Shown here: piece after piece, positions 50,461-61,429 of the stretch
Layout: every line of letters starts with the position of its first letter
Numbering within the stretch: position 1 is the first letter of the stretch
Assembly: GCF_902713615.1 (NCBI RefSeq)
Contig: NW_024055498.1
Location: 732,878 to 796,877 of the forward strand
DNA: 64,000 nt
Origin: Scyliorhinus canicula
Taxonomy: Eukaryota
Reading direction: 5' to 3'
Program-made: the position numbers and the translations under genes
Notes under the pieces: generated by a model
The model's input: the letters and a program-made list of their open reading frames with translations, nothing else
Databases searched by the model: none
Told to the model about the DNA's origin: nothing

Positions 50461-51063
50461 AATGGCATGATTGGTTGGTCTCTCAGTGCTGTCGGTATGA
50501 TTGGCTGGTCTCTCAGTGCTGTCGGAATGATTGGCTGGTCCCTCAGTGCTGGCGGTATGATTGGCTGGTCTCTCAGTGCTGTCGGTATGATTGGCTGGTC
50601 TCTCAGTGCTGTCGGTATGATTGGCTGGTCTCTCAGTGCTGTCGGCATGATTGGCTGGTCTCTCAGTGCTGGCGGTATGATTGGCTGGTCGCTCAGTGCT
50701 GTCGGCATGATTGGCTGGTCTCTCAGTGCTGTCGGTATGATTGGCTGGTCTCTGAGTGCTGTCGGCATGATTGGCTGGTCTCTCAGTGCTGGCGGTATGA
50801 TTGGCTGGTCGCTCAGTGCTGTCGGCATGATTGGCTGGTCTCTCAGTGCTGTCGGTATGATTGGCTGGTCTCTGAGTGCTGTCGGCATGATTGGCTGGTC
50901 TCTCAGTGCTGTCGGTATAATTGGTTGGTCTCTCAGTGCTGTCGGTATGATTGGCTGGTCTCTCAGTGCTGTCGGTATGATTGGCTGGTCTCTCAGTGCT
51001 GTCGGCATGATTGGCTGGTCTCTCAGTGCTGTCGGCATGATTGGCTGGTCTCTCAGTGCTGTC
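50461..51063 (+). repeat. 30-bp minisatellite (20 copies), each carrying a CCAAT box
   Basis: Unit GGTATGATTGGCTGGTCTCTCAGTGCTGTC; the minus strand reads CAGCCAATCA. Confidence 0.95.
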
Positions 51064-51249
51064 AGTAATTGGACACCAATCAATATTAGTTGTAGCCCAA
51101 TGACATTTTCTCTCCCCCTCTGTCTGTCTTTTATTGTATCTCCGGCTCTCTGTTCGTCCCTCTGTCTGTTTGGCTCCTTTCAATCTTTAGGATTGTCTGT
51201 GAGCCAATCTCTTCTTTCCGCGTCTCGGAGCCGAGTTCTCCCTCCACAA

Positions 51250-51520
51250 TGTTAGGACTGAGCTCAGGGCGAACATCTTCACCCAAAGGGTTGTGAATCT
51301 ATGGAATTCCCTGCCCAGTGACGCAGTTGAGGCTCCTTCTTTAAATGTTTTCCATGATAAAGACAGATAGTTTTTTGAAGAATAAAGGAATAAATGACAA
51401 TGGTGTTCGGGCGGGAAAGTGGAGCTGAGTCCACAAAAGATCAGCCACGATCTCATTGAATGGCGGAGCAGGCTCGAGGGGCCAGATGGCCTACTCCTGC
51501 TCCTAGTTCTTATGTTAATA
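51250..51520 (+). mobile_element. CR1 3' fragment
   Basis: Same 3' UTR as the CR1s at 16735 and 45395. Confidence 0.8.
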
Positions 51521-52167
51521 TTCCAGGAAAATGCAGAATGTAGATCATACAATTCCCCCCAGTCTCCCATTTTGACAAGTTGCTCAAACAATAGTGGGAG
51601 CAGTTATATTAGACAAAATGTACTAATCACAACTGCGAGAAAAAAAATTAAATTGTCGGAGGTAGATTGAAATCCCAAAGGATGTCAGATAAGAATGATT
51701 TAGGAGCCATAATTACATCCTTCCTTCGGACTTTTAAGAATTCGAATCTTTGCAGTATTTTCTGTTTTCAGCTCGTGCCGGCATCGAACCTAGGACTTGA
51801 GCACCGTGAGGTAGCTGTACTAACCATTAGGCCACCGTCTTGCCCTTGCTGAACATACTTATGCAACACGCTTCAAACTTCTTGAAGCCGCGAAATGAAA
51901 GGCGAAACCGCCAGAGGACGCTGTGGTAATACATTTCGCACAGTAGTAAACGGCAAATTGAAGATGAAACCAGTCACAGCCCCGCCCCAAACTCCCCTTG
52001 CTGTTCTTGTTATGATCCACATTGCCTGCCGTTTGTTATTAACATATTGTTGAAGTGGCTTCCTCTTCGACTTTGGTTTGGATTACCAGTGCAGTGGGGA
52101 AGCAATCTGTATCTTTGCTCCGACGGGTATGTTATTGGACTGGAGGGTCCCGGGTTCAGGGAGCGTC

Positions 52168-52653
52168 ATGCAGAAACAGCTCACACTGATCCTCATCATT
52201 ATATCATTTCTCAGTAAGTATTTATTTTCCTGCAAAAAATATCCTCCCCAAGATGTCTAACCAAGTTACCGTTCTGATGAAATAATGATAGTCATGTTCA
52301 TTGAGGTGATGACACTGACCATGATGATAATAGCTATGGTTTTCTGTCAGACTGGAGCCACGAAGCAGCAGTGGAACAACCGACCCGTGAAATGGCAGTG
52401 AGAGAGGAAAGTAATGTCACACTAACCTGCACCATGAAAGGAAGTGATCGTCGAAGTTATATGTTCTGGTACCGTCAGCATTTTGGACAAACCCCACAGT
52501 ATGTAATTCGTATTATAGGAGAGAAAGTGAGAAGACAACCCGACATCAGTGATCGATTCTCTTCGATGTTCGACATGAGTAGCAAGATTACAGAGCTAAG
52601 GATCAGCAGTGCAATGATCTCTGACTCTGCGGTGTATCTCTGTGCACTGAACC
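52168..52653 (+). CDS. V4: TCR alpha/delta-type V segment; leader exon 52168-52213, 137-nt intron, V exon 52351-52653
   Basis: MQKQLTLILIIISFL A|GTAAGT; TGTCAG|AC; AVEQP...TC...WYRQ...DSAVYLCALN. Confidence 0.92.
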
Positions 52654-52692
52654 CACAGTGCTTCAAAGTAGAACAGGTCCTGTACAAAAACG
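52654..52692 (+). other. 23-RSS of V4
   Basis: CACAGTG - 23 nt - ACAAAAACG. Confidence 0.93.
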
Positions 52693-53589
52693 TCGGCTGG
52701 CTTTTTCCAGTTGGTGCTCAGCAGAATGTTGTTTACCGACGAGCAACAGAATAAAAAGTCAAATCTCCACCGTGGTCATCTTGAAATGTTTAAAAACAAA
52801 CAATTTGCCGCTTTACCTTCACTCTTATGGACAGTGGTTGAATGAGAAAATCTCCATGACTATGTTGTGGCAATATCGGCAACAACACGACAACAATAAT
52901 AATCATATGGGGTGTGAAGGTGGTGGGCCAGAAATCCAGAGGTTAGGTTGCCAATTCCACCACGGCAGATGGTGGGATTCAAATGTATAACATCTGGAAT
53001 TAAAAGGCCCATCATTGTGGTCAAAACTCTTTAGATGCAATAAAGTCCTGAACGGTCAGAAAATAACGAAACATGCCGTCCTTACCTCATGATCTACATG
53101 TGACTCCAAGCCCACAGCATTGAATGTCGTGAAATGAGCGAGCAACTCACTCCGCTGTGTAGAAATCACATTTAGGATTAGAAACATGAAAATGACTAGA
53201 ACACTCGGCATCCACCCAGGCGGCAGAAAGGACATTGGCAAACCTTACGCTGCCGGCACTTTCTAACAGCTGAGGCGTGCACGACAATTGAGAAATCTCT
53301 CATAAAGGCCAATGAAGCCACAGACTGACGCGGTCATACTCACAGAATCATTCTTGACCGATAATGTCTGGGATACAACAGCCGCCAATGCCTGGGAACC
53401 TCTGGCCTCGTGGACAGAACAAACAGGCCAGAGGGGGTAGCGCAGCGGTCGATTGGCATGTGACTGTCCCTTGGGAATCAAAGTGTCTCGGGCAATATAG
53501 ACCGTGTGGACTCATCCCTGACTCCACGATTCTAGATTCTAGTCCGTCATGTCCCTCCCGATATATTTCTTCTCAATGACTTGCACAGT

Positions 53590-53850
53590 GAACAGGTGCG
53601 GGGTGGTCGCGGTGTAGGGGAGATTCAACAGACGCTATTTCCGCTCCATCAGTTCCGAGTGCAGCTGAGAGTCACCGCACACTTCACTCAATATTCAGAC
53701 TGCGGTATCCCCGCCCACAGCTTCCGTTTGATGCTCTCACTCTGACCCAATTGTGTTACTGGAGAGATTGCAGCTGCCTGTTCATTCCTCTCATTGGTCG
53801 AATCAGTAGTGCAGTGTGACGGGGATCTTTATTTCTGTCTCTGACAGAGG
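53590..53850 (+). promoter_or_regulatory. V5 promoter module (E-box, ETS-like, RUNX-like and ATTGG blocks)
   Basis: Blocks CAGGTG, CTATTTCCGCTCC, TGCAGCTG, CCGCACA, CTGCGG and TTCCGTTTG conserved with 58250-58490 and 61430-61700. Confidence 0.7.
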
Positions 53851-53888
53851 ATTGATCTCATTGTAGAGTTACAAACCCGAGGAGGATC

Positions 53889-54393
53889 ATGAGGAACCAT
53901 CTCGCTTCGCTCATCATCGTTATCTCACTTCTCAGTAAGTATTTCCTTCCCAGTAGCACTCCATTCTGTTCCTGACTGCTGTAACCCAGATGTTATTGTT
54001 GGTAAACTGACAGACATTATGTTGTTGATGGTTTTATTGTTTAATATGAGGCTGACTCTGATTGTCATTATCGCTGTTACTGCTATTAGAAAGGAGCCAT
54101 CAGGACACTGTGGAACAAAAGGAATCTGAAATAACGGTTACAGAGGAAAGTGAAGTCACATTAACCTGCACCTTGAAAACAAGTTCTCCTAATCCTTTTG
54201 TGTACTGGTACAGTCAGCAGCCCGGGAAAGCTATAAGCTACATGCTTCGAGTTATTGGGCTGACTGTGCAAAGGAACACCGAACTCAATGATCGGTTTTC
54301 TTCTACGTTTGATGAAAAGAACAAGACTACTGAGCTAACGATCAGTAACACAATGATCTGCGACAGCGCCGTGTATTTCAGTGCCGTGAAGCC
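53889..54393 (+). CDS. V5: V4-family V segment, open frame but second canonical Cys replaced by Ser (probably non-functional or atypical); leader exon 53889-53934, V exon 54090-54393
   Basis: MRNHLASLIIVISLL A|GTAAGT; TATTAG|AA; TC...WYSQQ...MICDSAVYFSAVK. Confidence 0.85.
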
Positions 54394-54433
54394 CACACTG
54401 CTACCGAGATATGGTGGAACCCGTACAAGAAAC
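54394..54433 (+). other. Atypical RSS of V5 (24-nt spacer)
   Basis: CACACTG - 24 nt - ACAAGAAAC. Confidence 0.7.
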
Positions 54434-54440
54434 ACACACT

Positions 54441-54472
54441 GGCAGTTCCACCCACTGCTCAGCAGGGGGCGC
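54441..54472 (+). promoter_or_regulatory. RSS-proximal extended CTCF-like motif downstream of V5
   Basis: GGCAGTTCC-N6-TGCTCAGCAGGGGGCGC. Confidence 0.68.
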
Positions 54473-56549
54473 GCCCTCCTCGATAGTTCAGTTTCCATAG
54501 TGACAGTGACACAAATTGTAACAACACACAAAACTAAAAAGCATCAGTAATGAGGCCCACCTGCACAGTTTATACCAGTTTCCGATTGCAACTCGCATTC
54601 AGAACATCTTTTTAAAAATTAAAGTACCCAATCATTTTTTCCAATTAAGGGGCAATTTAGCATGGTCAATCCACCTACCCTGCACATCTTTGGGTTGTGG
54701 GGGCGAAACCCACACAAACATGGAAGAATGTGCAAACTCCACATGGTCAGTGACCCATTGCCGGGATCGAACCTGGGTCCTCGGCGCCATGAGGCATAAC
54801 ACATGTAAGACTAATGAATTGATCTTCGATACCTTAACTCCTGCTTCTTGTTCATATCTTGGAGTGCAAACTCACCCTCTCAGCAAACTATCAGGTGTCA
54901 CTGAACTACAACAAATACGGGAACTTCTATTCATGTCGAGATTTTCGCACAATAAACTGTCCCGAGGGATTTTACAGGAACGATGGACATATTCAGTCAT
55001 ATGATCAAAAGCTTGGTCAACGAGATTGGTTAGAAGGAGAGTCTTAAATGAACACTGCCTGCTCATCCAGAGTGTACATAATTATGAGAGACATGGATAG
55101 AGTAGATGGGAAGAAACTTTCCCCCGTAGTAATGGTGTCAATAACCAGTTGGCACAGATTAAAGGTAAGGAGTTGAAGATTTCAAGGGGCTTTGTGGGAG
55201 AACGTTTTCACCCGGACGGTGGTGGGAATATGGAACTCACAGCCTTCATCTCCGATTTTAATCACTCCACCATCGCTCGCCGTGCCTTCACCTGCCTGGA
55301 CACAAAGCTCTGGAATTTCCTCCCTGGACCTCTCCACCCTTCCACTTTGAGTCATAGAGCCAAAGAGCTTTACAGCGCAAAATGAGACCCTTTGCCCAGT
55401 GTGCTTGCGCCGGCCATCAAACACCTTTCTATTCTAATTTAATATTCCAGCAGTTGGTCCATAGCCTTGCCTGCTATGGCGTTCGAAGTGCTCATCTAAA
55501 TGCTTCGTCAATGTTGTGAGTTTTTCTGCCTCGATGATCCTTTCACGCATTCAGCCCCAGATTCCCATCACCCTCTGGGTCAAAATGGTTTCCTCAAGTA
55601 TCCTTGAAATCCTGCATCTTAACGTTAATCTATTCCCCCTGGTTATTCACCCTTCTCCTAAGTGGAAAAGTTCGTTCCTATCGAGCCAATCAACGCCCCT
55701 CATCATTTTCAGACATAAACATTAACAATAAGGAAGGCAGTGTCTAAATAGCTGGAATTTAGATTTCTGGGACTCGTTTGTGGCTTGGTCTGTATTTCGG
55801 TAAACCCACAATCAACTCAACATCCGTATTGACAAAGAGCCACCGGGGTTCCAAACGTTAGCTCCCTTCTCTCTCCACAGATGCTGCCAGACCTGCAAAT
55901 TGTCCAGTTTTTCAGATTCAAGCAATAATTTACTTTTATTTACATTATCGATCGAGAGATCGATTTTTATTCAAACCTAAACCCGGCATCGTGTGCCCCC
56001 CATGTCACGGACTGATAATGCTGGCAGTGTTGTTAGATGATTCTCTGCTATTCTACATTTCATGTGTAAATTGCACAGGAATTGTTTGTTCTTTTGGTTC
56101 ATCACCAATCGCTCTTGAGGGGGCAGTTATGAGTCAACCCCAGAGAATTACTCTGGGTCTCTGGATTTCTAGTTTAGTGACAATGCCACTTTGCCACCAC
56201 CTCCCTCTGCTCTATTCTGCATTTCATTGCTCACCGGGTGCCGAGGAGTCGGTGTCCCTGGGCTCAGCTGAGTTAAGGCTTCTGGAAAAACAGTCCGTAC
56301 TTTCCGGCTATACTAACTCCACATCTGAGATCGTCCCTCTGCTGCTTGGTGGATATTCCGGGATTAAGGTTACTGTAAATATCTCAGCATGATAAGCCTC
56401 AACATTCTCCAAACTGCTCTATTGTTTATCGGCACAAGGGTGGAAGCAGCAAATGAACGGCCTGCTAAATACACCTGACAGCGTTCGAAAAGCGAAAATC
56501 AAATTGTTCGCGCAGAAGGGACCTTAGTAGAGCTGTAAATACTCGTGGA

Positions 56550-56588
56550 GGTTTTTGTACGGTGCTCTAGCTGCTCTCTAACGCTGTG
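56550..56588 (-). other. 23-RSS of V6
   Basis: CACAGCG - 23 nt - ACAAAAACC. Confidence 0.93.
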
Positions 56589-57087
56589 CCTCATTGCACA
56601 GTAATAGACCGCCCCGTCATCCACACTGAGGGCGCTTATATTGAGGGAACCTTTCTGTTTAGACTTGTCAGCAACCGCCTGATATCGTCCTGAAAGCTGA
56701 ACTTTCTTCGACGCTATGTTGTTAGCGATGATCCATATCGGTTGTTGTGCCGGTTTCTGCTGATACCATAGCATGAAGTACATAGCCTTGTCTGTATAGT
56801 CACAATTCAACAGCACCGAATCTCCTTCCGATGCGGTTATTGTCACCGGTAACTGAGTTACTGGATCTGCGCACAGTCCGCCTGTGAAGGGAGAGGATTA
56901 AATATCAAGAGCTGCTGTAAATTTGCTTGTATCTGAGTGAGATTGTGAAACCTCCCAATTGCACTTCATATAGATATTTTCGATCATAATTATATTGCCA
57001 TCGATGTATATTAACATGTTAATCTGCATCGATGTTTATTACCCAGTACTTACCGTGCCACAGCGCCGCCAGTATTATCAGAAACAT
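56589..57087 (-). CDS. V6: TCR alpha/delta-type V segment; leader exon 57087-57054, 172-nt intron, V exon 56881-56589
   Basis: MFLIILAALWH G|GTAAGT; TTCACAG|GC; DPVTQLP...NC...WYQQK...DDGAVYYCAMR. Confidence 0.92.
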
Positions 57088-57844
57088 GCCAGACTGAATC
57101 TCTCTTAGAGACTGTGGAGAGAGGGAGCCCGGGCTCTGCTCAGCTCATTGCAAGGGGGAGGGGTTTGGGAGGCGGGGGAGGGGTGGGGGTTATTGTGACC
57201 TCACTGGTCTCCCAGCCATACATGATTTAGAGAAAACACCACGTGGGTTTGTGACGCCCGTGCTTGAATTCGGCGCCTTCTGCTGGAAAATTCTGTTGAA
57301 TCGAATTTTCCTGTTGAGTGGGTTCAGGGTTTGCTGCAAAACATACCAAGATTCAAATGCTACCCAGCAATAGAAATTGGAGCTATTTAGATACTGTCTT
57401 TGTTACTGTTAATGTTTATGCCAGAAAATTAAGCTAAATCTGTGGCAACCATAGCTGGAATCTTCCGTCTGAATCCTGGGTATGTCAAATGTTAAAAGGG
57501 CAAGACTACCGAGCTAACAATCAGGAGCACAATGATTAAAAGTAAACTGTTAGCAGATACAATAAGAGAGGGTTACTGAATTAGAGGGGGCTGGGGGAGA
57601 TAGTTCAGTTTAGTTTCGTTCAGGCGAGTCCAGCGAGTGGAGGAGGATGGACTGGGGAACTGTGTGTGTGTTCGCCATATTGGCTGGGAATAGTTGTTGG
57701 TTGGGGGGGGGGGGGGGGGGGGGGGGGTGGTATTCACTGAGTTATGTTTACAGTTGTAATTGTCGTTCTAAAATCATAAATGCCTTAATAAAATGTTTTT
57801 CAAAAACAAGACGATAATTTCCGACCGCGCCGTGTATTTATGTG

Positions 57845-58160
57845 GGTAGCACGGTAGCACTGTTGCTTCACAGACCTAAGGTCCCAGGTTAGAATCCCGG
57901 CTTCGGTTACTGTCTGTGCGGAGTCTGCACGTTCTCCCCGTATCTGCGTGGGTTTCCTCCTGGCTGCTCCGGTTTCCTCCCACAGCCCAAAGATGTGCAA
58001 GTCCGGTGCATTGGCCATGCTAAATACCCACAAAGGTTGTGTTACGTTTCGGGAATGCGATAGAGGTGTGTGCTTGGGTAGAGTGCTCTTTCCGGGGACC
58101 GGTGCGAACTCGATGGGCCGGGTGGCCTGCTTCTACACTGTGGATTCTATGACTCTATGA
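57845..58160 (+). mobile_element. tRNA-derived SINE
   Basis: GGGTAGCACGGTAGCAC head; tail ending TTCTATGACTCTATG. Confidence 0.8.
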
Positions 58161-58249
58161 AATAGGGGCAGGGAGGGTCAGTTCAATCTGGTTCCTTCTC
58201 GCTGGAGGGAAGTGTCTTCCCTCTATATTGTTCTCAGTGACTCGAGCAA

Positions 58250-59010
58250 TGAGCAGGTGCAGGTTACCACTCGCTATTTCCGCTCCCTCCCTTGCGAATG
58301 CAGCTGACGACCGCCGCACATTTTTTTATCAGCTTTGAGTCTGCGGAGTCCCGGTCATAGTTTCCGTTTGTTGATCCCGCTCTGACAGAGTGGTGATATT
58401 CTAAACATTGTTGTCACTGGGCGATTCCTGTCATTGGTTTGATCAGCCGTGCAGTGGCACCTGAATCGGCATTTCTGCTCTGACAGGTAATTGCCTGAGA
58501 GCAACTAATTCAGGAACTATCGCGGGAACCGCCACTCAGCTCTCCTCAACATCTCACCTCACGGAGGAAACCCCATTCTCCCCGCATTGTGGAACCTGAT
58601 ATTATTGTTAATTGAATAACAATGATGATGGTGGGGCTGGCCGTTATGAAATGAAAATCGCTTATTGTCACGAGTAGGCTTCAATGACTGTGAAAAGCCC
58701 CTAGTCACCACATTCCGGCGCCTGTCCGGGGAGGCTGGTACGGGAATCGAACCGTGCTGCTGGTCTGCTTTAACAGCCAGCGATTTAGCCCAGTGAGCTA
58801 AACCAGCCCCTATGCTGGGTAATATGAGGCTGGTGTTGAATTTTATTTGATTAGTTTTGATTGTTTATGTCAGCCTGGAGCCACCAGGACCCTGGGGAAC
58901 AGCTGAGATGCTGAAATCGGGTTGAAGAGACAGTGACGTCACACGACAGTTGCCAGTCGATACAATAGATCCTGACAGATACAGTCAGCATCCGGGTAGC
59001 CTGCACCGTT
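58250..59010 (+). pseudogene. Decayed V4/V5-family V unit: promoter module, leader lacking ATG and GT, SINE in the intron, degenerate V exon start at 58874
   Basis: TATGTCAG|CCTGGAGCCACCAGGACCCTGGGGAACAG aligns with the V4/V5 exon-2 start; TACAGTCAGCATCCGGG aligns with V5 TACAGTCAGCAGCCCGGG; no clear RSS. Confidence 0.7.
58645..58812 (-). mobile_element. Second SINE family (other copies at ~3440-3600, 37455-37810, 63785-63950)
   Basis: GGGCTGGTTTAGCTCACTGGGCTAAATCGCTGGC head; GTGACAATAAGCGATTTTCATTT tail. Confidence 0.7.
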
Positions 59011-59982
59011 CACGTTTCGGCTGTTTAGCGGGACTCTGCAGCAGAAAGGTATAAATTATCTTAATGTGACTAACATACAGATAAATAACTGTATACAACC
59101 AGATATTGTTAGCGACCGAGGCACAGCACAGTTGAGCTGTGTGACTGTAGGAACAAGAAGGATCTACAATAGTGTAAACAACTCAATCCAGCAGCAGGTG
59201 CGCGGTACTGATGATCAGACGTTTGTTTCACTTCCGCAGAGACAGCCAATCCTCTGATTGCCAGCGACACTCGGGTGAAAGGCAACGTCAGTAATATTGG
59301 CCCCCGTGACAGTGCAGCAAAAATCTAAGGACGATACAAATACAAGGCTGTGGCGTTCCAAGGCCTTCGTGACTTGTGGATTAATTCGAGCTCCGGCAGT
59401 TTTATAGCCCTCACCGTGGGGCGCACCCTTCTGAAGCACGTCCATTACCTAAGTGACTCTCCCAACAGGCAAGAGATGAGTTTTCGATCGAAAAATCGAT
59501 TTTATACTGAAGCCTAAAGCAGATCCCATGGTCCTGCATGATAACAATAATAATGCTGCTCCGTCAGTCTGTTAAAGTTCTTATTCTGAATTCCATATGT
59601 GAAATACAACAGCAGAGATTGACACACTCTTTTGTTACAGGAACGTACGGGGTAGATTCAGCGGCCTTGGGCTTATCTGAGTCAACGGTTCTGGAAGAGC
59701 GAGCAATCTATAACTTCCAGCTACATTATCTCCACATCTGAGAGCTGTTATTACCGCTGCTGGTAGCCGGGTATTCCACGTTTTAATTTACCATGTACAT
59801 TGCGGCATGGAAATGAGTCGCGTATTTTCCCAAACTGCTCATCTGTTCACGCGCAGAAGAGCAGAGGTACCAATATAACTGAATGATGAATAGACCTGAC
59901 TGTGTTCCTGGATCCAGGATCAAACAATTCCCTCAGACAGGAGCAGCAAAGCAGATTTAGTGGAGCTGTGACTACTCGCAGA

Positions 59983-60021
59983 GGTTTTTGTGCGGTGCTC
60001 TAGCTGCTCTCTAACGCTGTG
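59983..60021 (-). other. 23-RSS of V7
   Basis: CACAGCG - 23 nt - ACAAAAACC. Confidence 0.93.
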
Positions 60022-60527
60022 CCTCACTGCACAGTAATAGACAGCCCCGTCATCCACACTGAGGCCGCTTATATTGAGGTAACCGTTCTGTTTAGACTTG
60101 TCAGCAACCGCCAGGTATCGTCCTGAAACTGCATCATCCTTCAGATCTAATAATTTGCTAATAATCCGGATTGGTGGCTGTGCCGCTTTCTTATGATACC
60201 ATTGCATGTACTGCATATTCGAGTCTGTATATTCACAATCCAGCCGCACCGAAACCCCTTCTGACACGGATTTTCTCACCGGCGATTGAGTTACTGGATC
60301 TGCACTTCGCCCGCCTGCGAAGGGAAATAAATGAAACATCGATAGGTTAAACATAATTCACCTAAATTTGTTTGTATATCTGTGAGTTTGTGGAAACTCA
60401 ACTATGTGGATATTTCTGATTGTTAATTATATTCAATGTAATTGCCATCCAAAAACTGCTAGTCTGGCACGATGAATATTATCCATTACTCACCGTCCAA
60501 CAGCGCCGCCAGGATTAACAGAAACAT
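60022..60527 (-). CDS. V7: paralog of V6; leader exon 60527-60494, V exon 60314-60022
   Basis: MFLLILAALLD G|GTGAGT; TTCGCAG|GC; DPVTQSP...DC...WYHKK...DDGAVYYCAVR. Confidence 0.92.
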
Positions 60528-60727
60528 GTCTGACTGAACCTCTCTGAGTGAATGGGAATGACATGAGGCAGAGATCGAGAAGCCGAGAGGGAACCCGGGC
60601 TCTGTTCAGCTCATTGATCCACCCACACACTGCAGGGGATGAGGCCCATTCCGACATCACTCAGACCACGACGTTTATTGGTTTTGACGGTGCCGTGACG
60701 GAACTTCATCATCCCCATGTTTGAAGG

Positions 60728-60746
60728 TGGCGCCCTCTGGTGCCGG
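60728..60746 (-). promoter_or_regulatory. CTCF-like motif ~200 bp upstream of V7
   Basis: GGCACCAGAGGGCGCCA; paralogous TTCCAGCAGAAGGCGCC at 57272-57288 upstream of V6. Confidence 0.6.
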
Positions 60747-61429
60747 AGTAGTTTCATTCCTGTTTGAATGCAGCCACTGAATGGATTGAGGGTGCATTGA
60801 AATACACAAGAAGACATGAATGTCTCCCTGAAATCTAAACTAGATCTGCTAGGAAACAGTTTTTACAACTGTTGATGTTTGTGTCAGAAACGGACACTAA
60901 ATCGATGAAATCTTTGCTGTCCGTTTCTTTCCAAATCCTGTGCACGACAAATGAGTAGTATTAGGACGTTGGAGAAAGATGTTATATATTTAAATATTAA
61001 CAGGGACGAGGGCCGTTTATGCAAAGACCAGAGAATTCTGGGTTCATTTGCTTGTAACAATAGAGGTAAAAGGAAGACTCAAATCGTTTTGCTGTAATTG
61101 TTCCTATTAGCAGCAGATCCAATGACAAATCATCCCGATTTGATAGAAAAATATGATAGAGAATGATGTATTTATTCATAATATTCCGATTTGTTAACAT
61201 CTAGAACACAACGCGAAAATGATGAAAGAAGATTCAATAACAACTGCCAAAAGGTGACTGTCATAATCTGAGAATGGAAAGCAATATGAAAAATGTGAGG
61301 TGGGCAAGACCATTGGGACAGCATTTTCAAAAAGGCACGTGTACGGTAAGCCGAATGCTCATTCCGTTCCCTTATTTTCGATACTTCTGGGCGATTCATG
61401 CCAGTCCCCCACTAATTGCTCTCACTCAC

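Noticed and set aside
42275-51063. Regular repeats as a CRISPR-like array
   Set aside because: Head-to-tail units with no unique spacers, in eukaryotic DNA
54046-54130. ATG in the V5 intron encoding leader-like MRLTLIVIIAVTAIR
   Set aside because: Out of frame with the V exon and soon terminates
59120-59160. CACAGCA-23/24-(A)ACAAGAAG as the RSS of the 58.5-kb pseudogene
   Set aside because: The nonamer is poor and the sequence upstream does not align to FR3
36267-60527. Assignment of any V as IgH-like (TAILV), VNAR/NAR-TCR, TCR beta or TCR gamma
   Set aside because: Motifs (WYRQ/WYQQ, CALR/CAVR/CAME ends, no WVRQ...GLEW, no VNAR-type deletion of the C' region, no CAxW end) fit alpha/delta best; alpha versus delta cannot be resolved without D/J/C or a phylogeny
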